A stretch of 64,000 nucleotides of DNA from Nanobdellota archaeon (lineage in GTDB: Archaea; Nanobdellota; Nanobdellia; Pacearchaeales; GW2011-AR1): positions 148-64,147 of the forward strand of contig JBBSXJ010000003.1 of the NCBI GenBank assembly GCA_038045825.1, read 5' to 3'. The notes under the pieces were generated by a model, which saw nothing but the letters and a program-made list of their open reading frames with translations, was not told where the DNA came from and searched no databases. A program made the translations under genes and the position numbers. Positions within the stretch are counted from its first letter, which is position 1, and each line of letters begins with the position of its first letter. This document shows positions 1-8,359 of the stretch, in pieces.

Positions 1-6
1 GAAGAT

Positions 7-55
7 CAGAAAATCTTCGGATTTTCTGTCTGTTCAACTTTAACAAGATTGAACA
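7..55. repeat. Two tandem inverted repeats (REP-like hairpins)
   Basis: CAGAAAATC-TTCG-GATTTTCTG (7-28, perfect 9-bp stem, C(UUCG)G loop), then TGTTCAA...TTGAACA (31-55). Confidence 0.7.
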
Positions 56-179
56 TATCAGAATTTTAATAAGGACTCACAAATTTTTGCTTATAATTTC
101 CTGCGTACGCGCGTCTATGATTTATCTATTCTTTATGATTAACCAAAAAACATAAATACTTTTGATTTGCCATTATTTC

Positions 180-371
180 ATGGAAAATGTAACTATTAGC
201 AAGAAGGCTTTGGCTGACTTAATCAGAATTAAAGAAGAATTTGATTTGATAGTTGAATCTCTTGAATTAATGAGTAATAAGGAATTTATGGAATCTCATA
301 AAAGATCTAAAGAGCAAATAAAGAATAGAGAATTTGCTAATTGGGATGATTTACAAAATTCTTCCAACTAA
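180..371 (+). CDS. Antitoxin, RelB-like partner of downstream RelE
   Basis: Small ORF ending ...NREFANWDDL that overlaps a RelE-like gene; ATG at 180 preferred over the track start at 162. Confidence 0.7.
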   Translation: MENVTISKKALADLIRIKEEFDLIVESLELMSNKEFMESHKRSKEQIKNREFANWDDLQNSSN

Positions 372-597
372 AGAATTTGAAAGAGACTTCAATAAATTAG
401 ATAAGTTTTTTCAAAATAGAATTACCAAGAAAATTGATGAAGTTGCTGAAAATCCAGAGAGATATAAGCATCTTCGTTACGATTTAATTGGAAGTTGCAG
501 ACTTAGAATAGGAAAGTTGAGAGTTACATATTCTTATGATGTAGATAAAAAAGAATTATATCTAGAGAATATTATTTTTGGGCATGATTATAAGTAA
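346..597 (+). CDS. RelE/ParE-family toxin
   Basis: YKILPTKEFERDFNKLD...RLRIGKLRVTY RelE pattern; overlaps the antitoxin; ATG at 346. Confidence 0.8.
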   Translation: MIYKILPTKEFERDFNKLDKFFQNRITKKIDEVAENPERYKHLRYDLIGSCRLRIGKLRVTYSYDVDKKELYLENIIFGHDYK

Positions 598-613
598 AGA
601 TGTAATTTTGATT

Positions 614-856
614 TTATTCCTGAGCTAACTTAGCTTCTAGGCCAAGTTCTCTGGCAATTTCAACAGCTATTTGATTAGCGTTTTCTTTAGTCGTATAAGG
701 TCCACACCTATACATGCTATACCCAATTGGACTCTTGCTAAGATCTGGTACAAATGTGTGATTACCTATTGTAATCTCAACCCGATAATTATCTGGAGGT
801 TCTGGGTCACCTCTTGCACCTTCATAATAACCCACTTTAATCTGAATATTGTTCAT
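614..856 (-). CDS. Hypothetical protein (80 aa)
   Basis: ORF fills the gap between flanking genes; no motif recognised. Confidence 0.5.
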   Translation of the reverse strand: MNNIQIKVGYYEGARGDPEPPDNYRVEITIGNHTFVPDLSKSPIGYSMYRCGPYTTKENANQIAVEIARELGLEAKLAQE

Positions 857-899
857 TATTTTAAATAAATTAAACTCTTTATAATTATTTAGATATTAA

Positions 900-1301
900 T
901 TATTTCTTGTTGGATTTTATAAAATAGAAGAATGTATAGAATAAAGCTAACAAAATTCCGATTGATAAAAAGATAGTTGTATATGTTCCTTGGTATTTTC
1001 TTGTCAATGCATATGCTACTGCAATTATTCCTGCTACGCTTATCAGACCACCCATATACTTGTTGCTTGCCATAATGAATCTGATCCAAACTAAGAATAA
1101 AGCCATAACTAAACCTATAATTATTCCGAATACTATTTGCACCCATCCGAAGTCTGCATTTGTTTTTATTTTAAGAAAATAAAAGAATAATTCTGCTAAT
1201 ATTACAAAAGAAATTGCTGTGATCGTTGTTAATTTATCTACCGCAAAGGTCTTATTATCCGAATCATCTTCATCTTCGTAATCATCTCTTTTTTGCGCCA
1301 T
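900..1301 (-). CDS. Membrane protein (about 4 TM)
   Basis: Hydrophobic helices; start MAQKRDDYEDED at 1301 avoids overlap with the upstream gene. Confidence 0.7.
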   Translation of the reverse strand: MAQKRDDYEDEDDSDNKTFAVDKLTTITAISFVILAELFFYFLKIKTNADFGWVQIVFGIIIGLVMALFLVWIRFIMASNKYMGGLISVAGIIAVAYALTRKYQGTYTTIFLSIGILLALFYTFFYFIKSNKK

Positions 1302-1323
1302 TATGTATTTTGATTTTGCTATT

Positions 1324-2001
1324 TTATATATCTTTAGAAGAAAATTTAATTTGTCTTCTATGTCTTGCCCATGCAAAAATAGCATATAATGAAGATCCAA
1401 GAATTCCAAAAGATAAATCAAATATTGTGTCGCGCAATGGATCAAGCAATAAATTGAATTTGTCAAGGCCAGTTATATCTCTTAGATATACTCCTTGTAA
1501 TTTCCAATTAAAGAATGAATCTAATACATATTCTAGTATTTCAAAAATTCCTAGAAATGCTACTACAGATAAAACTGTGAATGTTAGTTTCCATTTCATT
1601 GCTAGTTTAAGTTTGTTTACCATGAAAAATATAATAGAACAGAGAAGCATTGGAATAACAAAATGTTGTAATTTATCGTATGTGGGATATACAAAATATA
1701 ATGGACTCATCATTAAAGTTGAGACTCCTATTAAAAATATGAAAATATAGTGCTTTAGTTCCAATCTGACATCAAAAAGATGATCCACTAAATATGAAAC
1801 AAGAATTACTCCTAGAAATGTTGAATATCTTAATGTAATTGATGATGAGTCTTTGAATAAATATATTGCAACTAAAAGAAGAATTGATATGATTCCAACT
1901 ATCAAACGCTTGTGTCTGTAAGCTTTCTGAATCTCTTTTTTTATTTTATTTTTTAAGTAGGATCTTCTTGACTCTTTATTATTGACAATCTCTTTTTTCA
2001 T
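1324..2001 (-). CDS. Polytopic membrane protein (DUF2238-like)
   Basis: Several TM segments; YDKLQHF and FEILEY motifs resemble DUF2238-type proteins. Confidence 0.65.
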   Translation of the reverse strand: MKKEIVNNKESRRSYLKNKIKKEIQKAYRHKRLIVGIISILLLVAIYLFKDSSSITLRYSTFLGVILVSYLVDHLFDVRLELKHYIFIFLIGVSTLMMSPLYFVYPTYDKLQHFVIPMLLCSIIFFMVNKLKLAMKWKLTFTVLSVVAFLGIFEILEYVLDSFFNWKLQGVYLRDITGLDKFNLLLDPLRDTIFDLSFGILGSSLYAIFAWARHRRQIKFSSKDI

Positions 2002-2053
2002 CTGAAAATTAAAGATGCAATAGCTTTAAATATAGTTCTTTTTGTTATTTTTT

Positions 2054-2394
2054 GTGAGTCGGGCAGCTAACTCCGAAGGTGTCTTTCGATAGACAAGAGT
2101 TTTTATGAATTCTCCTTTGAGGAAGGTCCGGACATCGATAAAAGCGACTGCTTGAAAAGGCAGCTGTCGTGAGGCAAGAGCTCCGCAACAGAAACGAACC
2201 AACCTTTTAATTAAGGGAACGGATGAAACGCACTAATTGTGCATCGCACAATGGTGACTCCAACTCTCACGAGTTGAAGTGGCGCCTTCGCTGATGCAAC
2301 CACCAAAGCCGTGGGCTTAGAATGATGTTAGCACAAAGAGTTTGTCCTGAAAGGGAAACGATCTTTGACAGAATCTGGCCTATGCCTGACTCAC
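2054..2394 (+). ncRNA. rnpB: RNase P RNA
   Basis: P1 GTGAGTC/GACTCAC; P2 GCTAAC/GTTAGC; CR-I GAGGAAGGTCCGGAC (2119-2133) pairs with CR-V ACAGAATCTGGCCTA as P4 with bulged U and compensatory changes; CR-II ACAGAAA and CR-III TGAAACG present. Confidence 0.93.
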
Positions 2395-2454
2395 TTTATT
2401 TTACCATTATAAGATTTCTACTCTAGTTTATAATAACCTGGTCTGTCTAAATAA

Positions 2455-3207
2455 GTGGGTATAATCTTAACTTACGAAGATCTTCTAACTACTTACAAAA
2501 CTCGAACGCATCGAATAAGACACTTAAAAGATTACACTCATCTTTTTCCAATCAATGCAAATGAAACTTTAGCAGGTATTGTTGCAGATTTAATGGGAGA
2601 CGGCAATTTACAAAAAACTCCTGTTTGGAGAATTGATTTTACTTCTAAAGATTTAGAAGAATTAAAAAGATTTGAAACTGAAATGTTAAAAAATTTTAAC
2701 ATTAATGGAAAAATAAGGCCTTGCTCCACTAATAAATATCACACCTATAATATCGGATTTAATTGCGCTCCTGTTGCTCGCATTTTATATCTTGCAGGTG
2801 TTCCTGCTGGACAAAAAGTCTTACAAAAATTTGATTTACCAAACTGGATAAAAGAAGATAAAGACTATTTTAGAAGGTTTTGCCAAAGATTATTTACTTG
2901 TGAAGGAAGCATTAATTATGAGTTAGGGAGAAATCCTAGAGTCGGAATAAATATGTGGAAATGTGAAGAATATTTAAACCAGGGAAGAATTTTCTTTGAA
3001 GATATATCTGATTTAATGAAAAAATATTTTGATATAGACTCTAAGGTTAGTGTTGGAAGTTCAAAGAATTTAAGAAAAGATGGGATAATTACCAGACCAG
3101 TATACATACTAATACCATCTAAATCTACTTTAATATTTCATAAGAAAATTGGTTTTGAAGGGGAAAAACAGAATAGACTTTCTAATATTCTAAATACTAA
3201 AGTTTAA
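2455..3207 (+). CDS. Free-standing two-motif LAGLIDADG endonuclease-like protein
   Basis: Motifs LAGIVADLMGDGNL and RLFTCEGSI; no intein splicing residues at the termini; GTG start. Confidence 0.85.
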   Translation: MGIILTYEDLLTTYKTRTHRIRHLKDYTHLFPINANETLAGIVADLMGDGNLQKTPVWRIDFTSKDLEELKRFETEMLKNFNINGKIRPCSTNKYHTYNIGFNCAPVARILYLAGVPAGQKVLQKFDLPNWIKEDKDYFRRFCQRLFTCEGSINYELGRNPRVGINMWKCEEYLNQGRIFFEDISDLMKKYFDIDSKVSVGSSKNLRKDGIITRPVYILIPSKSTLIFHKKIGFEGEKQNRLSNILNTKV

Positions 3208-3233
3208 AACCGCTCTTTTTTATTGTGTTCTAT

Positions 3234-3305
3234 GGGCGGGTAACTCAGTGGGAGAGTACACGACTGAAGCTCGTGCTGCCGGGGGTTCGATTCCCTCTCC
3301 GCCCA
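3234..3305 (+). tRNA. tRNA-Phe(GAA), intronless, CCA not encoded
   Basis: Cloverleaf: GGGCGGG/TCCGCCC acceptor, ACTC/GAGT D stem, CACGA-CTGAAGC-TCGTG anticodon arm, GGGGG-TTCGATT-CCCTC T arm. Confidence 0.95.
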
Positions 3306-3749
3306 TTAATTAATAACAAAACCTGTTATTTGTGCATTAAGTGGTTTCCCAAAAACATAATCACAAGGCATTGCTGTGCCTTCTGCGTTTTCTATTATTG
3401 GTATAATGGAGAGCTGTTTATCATTTACACTTTCTAAATTAACTTCTTGAGAAATTGATTGTCCTGGATTTAGAACTAAATCTATTTTTTGAATATCTAT
3501 ATTATCTAGATCGTCTTTGATTTGTAAATTAAAACCTTTTATGACTTCGTTTCCAGTATTTGTTGCTTCAATAAAATAAACTCCCCATTCCTGATTTATT
3601 CCTGCTTCAAATGAAACTCTTTCACAGTATGGAGCAGGAGCAAGTTGAGCAATGAATTCATTGCTGGAATTGTATACTATGAATCCAATCGTAACTGTTA
3701 TTGCAATTAATATTACTGTAGCAATTATCGGCGAAACTCCTTTTCTCAC
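3306..3749 (-). CDS. Archaellin/type IV pilin N-terminal domain protein
   Basis: Class III signal peptide MRKG/VSPIIATVILIAITV. Confidence 0.8.
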   Translation of the reverse strand: MRKGVSPIIATVILIAITVTIGFIVYNSSNEFIAQLAPAPYCERVSFEAGINQEWGVYFIEATNTGNEVIKGFNLQIKDDLDNIDIQKIDLVLNPGQSISQEVNLESVNDKQLSIIPIIENAEGTAMPCDYVFGKPLNAQITGFVIN

Positions 3750-3801
3750 AGTCTAATTAAATTTTGGTAATATTTATAAACATCGGCTTGTTTTTCAGCA
3801 T

Positions 3802-4089
3802 ATGAAGAAAGAGATGATAGATAAAGAAACTAAGCATCACGATAATAGTTCTGGAGTTGTAGGAATTATTTTTGGAATAATGTCTATTCTTTCGGGGGCT
3901 CCTGGAATATTGCTTGGATTGATAGGCTTTTTCTTTTCATTAAACCAAAATAAGAAAGCTAAGAACAATTGGTCTAAGTGGGGAATGATACTTAATGTAG
4001 TAGGTTTTGTGCTTGGAATTGTTTTCGCAGTTTACATATCAGTTTATCTTAGCAACGTAGTTGCTGGTTTACAGGGAATACCTGGTTAA
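3802..4089 (+). CDS. Small membrane protein (DUF4190-like)
   Basis: Two TM segments; SSGVVGIIFGIMSIL...KWGMILNVVG pattern. Confidence 0.65.
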   Translation: MKKEMIDKETKHHDNSSGVVGIIFGIMSILSGAPGILLGLIGFFFSLNQNKKAKNNWSKWGMILNVVGFVLGIVFAVYISVYLSNVVAGLQGIPG

Positions 4090-4091
4090 TT

Positions 4092-4688
4092 ATGGTAAAC
4101 AAAAATAGAGAGGGAGCTTTGGAGCTTTCCATAGGTACTATTGTAGTCATTGTTATAGGGATGAGTATGCTTATTCTTGGTTTGGTTCTTGTCAGGACGA
4201 TATTTGCTGGTTCAACTCAAAGCATTGATAGTCTTAATGATCAAGTGCAAAGTGAAATTCTTGGTTTGTTTGGGGATGGAAATGGAAACCTTGTAATAAA
4301 ATTAGGTTCAGCTGATACTGCTAAGGTTAAACCTGGAAGCGATCCTTTCAAACTTGGAATAGGAGCAAGACATCCTGATGGACTTGCATTAACAGGAAGA
4401 GATAGTTTACAATACAAACTTACTCTTGCGGATGACAGCGATAACAACTGTTTAAGAATCTTGGGAAGGGAAAGAGCTGAAAATTTATTTATTACTAGAG
4501 TAAATACTTGGAATTCATTTGATGAATTTTCCGGCTCTACTGCTTTTGCATTAGTTCAAGTACAAGTTCCAAGTGGGACATCTAGATGCACTCAAAAAGT
4601 TAATGTTGATATGAAGCTTAAGGAATCTCAAACAGCAAGTGATGGAAAAGCATTCATATTAGAAGTTGCTAAAGAAGGAATTCTTTAA
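4092..4688 (+). CDS. Pilin-like protein with class III signal peptide
   Basis: NREG/ALELSIGTIVVIVIG N-terminus followed by a Cys-containing extracellular domain. Confidence 0.7.
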   Translation: MVNKNREGALELSIGTIVVIVIGMSMLILGLVLVRTIFAGSTQSIDSLNDQVQSEILGLFGDGNGNLVIKLGSADTAKVKPGSDPFKLGIGARHPDGLALTGRDSLQYKLTLADDSDNNCLRILGRERAENLFITRVNTWNSFDEFSGSTAFALVQVQVPSGTSRCTQKVNVDMKLKESQTASDGKAFILEVAKEGIL

Positions 4689-4733
4689 ATAATATTGTAA
4701 AAGGTTTATAAAAGTAAAACACTTCTATTTGAT

Positions 4734-6032
4734 ATGCAAAAGAAGGTTGAGTGGTATTTAGATTTTGTAGATCCAAGATATAAGCCTCGCAGTGATGAAT
4801 TAGTTGCTTTATTCTATTTTGAACCTGCTAAAGGTGTTCCAGTAAATGAGGCAATTGGAAGGATTGCATCTGAAAGCTCTACTGGAACTTGGACAACACT
4901 CTTTAAGATGCCTCCTAGAATGAGAAAATTAATGGCTCATCCATACCATCTAGATGGAAATTATGTTAAGGTTGCTTATCCATTAGATTTATGGGAGAAA
5001 GGAAATTTACCTCAATTATTAAGCGGTATTGGAGGAAATATATTTGGAATGAAAGCTCTTGATAATTTAAGATTGATGGATATTCATTTTCCTAAGAGTT
5101 ATTTGAAGAGTTTTCCGGGGCCAAGACATGGAATGCATGGAATAAGAAAAATGATGAATGTTTACAAACGCCCTATGTTGGGTGCTGTTCCTAAACCTAA
5201 AATTGGTTTTTCAGACGTAGAGCACGCTGAAATAGGATTTGAAACATGGATGGGTGGATTTGACTTTGTAAAAGATGATGAGAATTTAACATCCACGAGT
5301 TTTAACAATTTTGATAAGCGTGTTAAGTTACTTGCAAAAATGCGAGATAAGGCTGAGAAAGCAACTGGTGATACTAAAGATGCTTACATCAATATTACTG
5401 CTGAAACAGATGAAATGAAAAGACGCGCAAAATTACTTCATGATAATGGATTCAAACATGCAATGATTGATGTAGTGGTAGTTGGAAATTCAGGAGTGCA
5501 AACTCTTAGAAGAGTTCTGGGGGATTATGGTATGGCCATACATGCACATAGAGCTATGCATGCTATGTTTGACAAAAATCCAAAACATGGAATGTCAATG
5601 TACATGCTTGCTAAATTAATGAGAATGGCTGGAGTTGATCAAATACATGCTGGAACTTCTGTTGGAAAACTTGTTGGTACTGCTGAGGAAGTTAGAAACG
5701 TTTCTGACACTTTGCGAGAAGAAAGAGTTAGTGAGAAAAGAAATATTAGACTTGCACAAGACTGGCATGGATTGAAACAAGCATTTCCAGTTACATCTGG
5801 AGGATTACATCCAGGCCTTGTTCCAGACTTACTAAAAATATTTGGAGATGAATGTGTCATGTTAGTTTCTGGAGGGATACATGGACATCCCAAAGGAACT
5901 AGAGCTGGAGCAATGGCAACCAGGCAGGCAATTGACGCAATTCATGAAGGAGAAACATTGGAGAAACATGCTAAATTTAATCCTGAATTAAAGATGGCGC
6001 TGGATAAGTGGAGTCACTTAAGACCTGTTTAA
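4734..6032 (+). CDS. rbcL: RuBisCO large subunit, form III-type
   Basis: ESSTGT, GNIFG, KPKIG, DFVKDDE (carbamylated Lys), HAHRAMH, loop-6 GKL, SGG and GGIHGHP motifs all present; 432 aa. Confidence 0.95.
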   Translation: MQKKVEWYLDFVDPRYKPRSDELVALFYFEPAKGVPVNEAIGRIASESSTGTWTTLFKMPPRMRKLMAHPYHLDGNYVKVAYPLDLWEKGNLPQLLSGIGGNIFGMKALDNLRLMDIHFPKSYLKSFPGPRHGMHGIRKMMNVYKRPMLGAVPKPKIGFSDVEHAEIGFETWMGGFDFVKDDENLTSTSFNNFDKRVKLLAKMRDKAEKATGDTKDAYINITAETDEMKRRAKLLHDNGFKHAMIDVVVVGNSGVQTLRRVLGDYGMAIHAHRAMHAMFDKNPKHGMSMYMLAKLMRMAGVDQIHAGTSVGKLVGTAEEVRNVSDTLREERVSEKRNIRLAQDWHGLKQAFPVTSGGLHPGLVPDLLKIFGDECVMLVSGGIHGHPKGTRAGAMATRQAIDAIHEGETLEKHAKFNPELKMALDKWSHLRPV

Positions 6033-6287
6033 TTATTTAATATTTAATTTACTTTTGTATCTGTCGTCAAATAAATTATAAAAAGGAATTAAAAAATGCA
6101 TATAATCTTGACTTCTTGAAATATTTTCTATTCTACCTCTTTCTTCTAAGTTTGAACATTCATCTAAATATCTTCTAATCCTAGCACTTTCTACAAATAA
6201 ATTTAATGCAATTCCCATAATAGATGTTGCTCCTATTATTCTTAAAATATTAGCAGTTCTTCTAAATCTAGACATAATTTTCACCAC
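6033..6287 (-). CDS. Hypothetical protein (84 aa, one hydrophobic segment)
   Basis: Convergent with rbcL; no motif. Confidence 0.5.
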   Translation of the reverse strand: MVKIMSRFRRTANILRIIGATSIMGIALNLFVESARIRRYLDECSNLEERGRIENISRSQDYMHFLIPFYNLFDDRYKSKLNIK

Positions 6288-6346
6288 AAGAGTTTCTATT
6301 TAAGCATTATTACATAACTTAATATATCAAAATTCCATTTAATTTT

Positions 6347-6904
6347 ATGATTAATTACAAAAAATACAAGTGGTTCTTTACTAGAAGTGGAAAACTTGTT
6401 GTTGGAGGCAAAAATGCTGATAGTAATGATTCTTTATTGAATGAATTGAAGAAAATGCGCAAAGACTTGATAGTTATGCATACTAAAGCGCCTGGAAGTC
6501 CTTTCTGTGCTATTATTGCGCCTGTAAATGTTATTTCCAATGAAGATTTACATGAATGTGCTGTTTTTACTGGGTGTTTCTCTCGTGCTTGGAAAGAAGG
6601 AAAGTCTTCAGCTTCAGTTCATTCATTTAAATTAAGCCAGTTAAACAAAGAAAGTGATATGAAGGAAGGAAGCTGGAATGTGAAAGGACGCGTAAAAGAT
6701 TTTATTGTTAAGCTTGAACTTGTAATAACAAAACAGAATGGAATCGTTAGAGCTGTTCCTAAACAATCTGTAAGCGATCAAGAGATAATTGCGACTGCTG
6801 TTCCTGGGAAGATTGATAAGATTAAGGTTAAAACGGATAATTTAAAAGTCAACAAAGAGGAGCTTATCTCAGCATTACCTGCTGGAGGAGTTAAAATATC
6901 ATGA
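6347..6904 (+). CDS. NFACT RNA-binding domain protein (DUF814/Rqc2-related)
   Basis: KWFFTRSGKLVVGGKNADSND and VMHTKAPGSPF motifs. Confidence 0.85.
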   Translation: MINYKKYKWFFTRSGKLVVGGKNADSNDSLLNELKKMRKDLIVMHTKAPGSPFCAIIAPVNVISNEDLHECAVFTGCFSRAWKEGKSSASVHSFKLSQLNKESDMKEGSWNVKGRVKDFIVKLELVITKQNGIVRAVPKQSVSDQEIIATAVPGKIDKIKVKTDNLKVNKEELISALPAGGVKIS

Positions 6905-7146
6905 AATCAGATACACTATCATTTCAAATTGGAAAAAATGGTTTAACAAAAACTGGAATAGATCATTTAGCCAGTGCTTTCAAGACTAGAAGGGTGATTA
7001 AAGTTCAGCTTCTAAAGAGTGCTGTTTCAAGTCGTGAAAAAATAGAAGAAATTGCCCAGACTTTGATGAATGAACTACCTGGGAAATATAATTATAGAGT
7101 TATTGGATTTACAATAATTTTAATGAAAAGAAGTGCCAGAAATTGA
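6901..7146 (+). CDS. YhbY/CRM-domain RNA-binding protein
   Basis: FQIGKNGLT...IKVQLLK...VIGFTIIL; canonical position before rps19e. Confidence 0.85.
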   Translation: MKSDTLSFQIGKNGLTKTGIDHLASAFKTRRVIKVQLLKSAVSSREKIEEIAQTLMNELPGKYNYRVIGFTIILMKRSARN

Positions 7147-7364
7147 GAAGTGTTTATAATACCTCAAAATATATAGTGCTATTGTTAAACAATAACCATC
7201 TAATAAAAAATAAAGTGATATTCTAAGAAGATATGAAAGTTATGGGATTCCTTCTATTATGGGGATATGGTTACTGTGGACCTATTAAATAGAGATGTTC
7301 TTGATTAATTGATATAAAACTGTCAATAAGTAATCTTTATAAATGGTGTTTTTTAGTACCTTTC

Positions 7365-7775
7365 ATGAACGCTGTTAAGACTATTCAAGCTGGAAAATAT
7401 AATCATCTATTGGCAAATGAACTAAAAGAGCACAAGGAATTTCATGCTCCAGAATGGATTTTTTTTGTTAAAAGTGGAAGAGGAAAACAAAGACCTATTG
7501 AAGATGAAAACTTTTGGCACGGTAGAGCTGCAAGTATTCTAAGACAAATTTATTTGAGAGGAACAGTTGGCGTACAAAGACTTAGAACAAGATATGGAAA
7601 CAGAAAAGACAGAGGAAAACAACCTGCTCACTTTGCTCCTGCAAGTGGAAAAATAATAAGATTAATTTTACAGCAGGCTGAGAAAGCAGAGCTTTTAACA
7701 AAGAATGAAACTCAAAAGAAAGGAAGAATGCTTACTGAAAAGGGCAAGAAATTGCTTGAGAGTATAAAGGAATAA
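7365..7775 (+). CDS. rps19e: 30S ribosomal protein S19e
   Basis: PEWIFFVKSG...FWHGRAASILRQIY...LRTRYG. Confidence 0.95.
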   Translation: MNAVKTIQAGKYNHLLANELKEHKEFHAPEWIFFVKSGRGKQRPIEDENFWHGRAASILRQIYLRGTVGVQRLRTRYGNRKDRGKQPAHFAPASGKIIRLILQQAEKAELLTKNETQKKGRMLTEKGKKLLESIKE

Positions 7776-7776
7776 A

Positions 7777-7974
7777 ATGACACTATATCATAAAAAAATA
7801 GTTTTAGGCACACACACTCGCAGAACTAAGTGGGCTCCAGTTTGGGCTGTTGTTCGCAGATTTGGAAAAGGAAAGAGAGTTCATCCATCAGCAATTACTG
7901 CTATAAGAAGAAACTGGAGAAGAACAAAGTTGAAAATTAAACCGAGAAGAGCTACAAAGAGGCATTTAGGTTAA
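7777..7974 (+). CDS. rpl39e: 50S ribosomal protein L39e
   Basis: WAPVWAVVR...RRNWRRTKL. Confidence 0.92.
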   Translation: MTLYHKKIVLGTHTRRTKWAPVWAVVRRFGKGKRVHPSAITAIRRNWRRTKLKIKPRRATKRHLG

Positions 7975-7976
7975 AC

Positions 7977-8345
7977 ATGACAACTTACGAGCTGGTTGCG
8001 ACTAATCCTTATAGTTCTGGTGTTAACGACTCATTTATTAAAGCATTAGCTGCATGTTATGCAATAAGTCAGTCAGGCAATTATTTTGCTCCATCAGGCA
8101 TGAATTCAAAAGGGATTATTGAATTTGAAACTAATCTTGGAAATGGAGCTGTTACAATAATGGTTTCTCCTCTGAATGGAAGACTATCTATACTTACAGA
8201 TAAACCTGGTGATTTGAGAAGAGCGAGAATGGAAGCTGAAAGAACATTGTCATATGGATTCCTTAGATTGGAAGAGTTACCTGAATTTCTAACACATGGA
8301 GGTCAAAGAAGTAGTAGAGTGACTGCAGGGTCTCCCGAAGTATAA
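7977..8345 (+). CDS. Orphan protein inserted between rpl39e and rpl31e
   Basis: 122-aa ORF tightly packed in the ribosomal operon; no motif. Confidence 0.6.
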   Translation: MTTYELVATNPYSSGVNDSFIKALAACYAISQSGNYFAPSGMNSKGIIEFETNLGNGAVTIMVSPLNGRLSILTDKPGDLRRARMEAERTLSYGFLRLEELPEFLTHGGQRSSRVTAGSPEV

Positions 8346-8359
8346 CCTATTTGTATATA

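Noticed and set aside
889-1750. Track ORFs 889-1146(-), 671-868(+), 1226-1750(+), and the many other short ORFs nested antisense in long genes
   Set aside because: Shadow frames of better-supported genes.
2395-3305. tRNA intron or split/permuted tRNA housing the LAGLIDADG ORF
   Set aside because: tRNA-Phe and tRNA-Pro are each complete and contiguous, and no tRNA half or bulge-helix-bulge flanks the ORFs.
7147-7364. 220-nt gap between yhbY and rps19e
   Set aside because: No convincing ORF or RNA structure; only a TATA-like element before rps19e.
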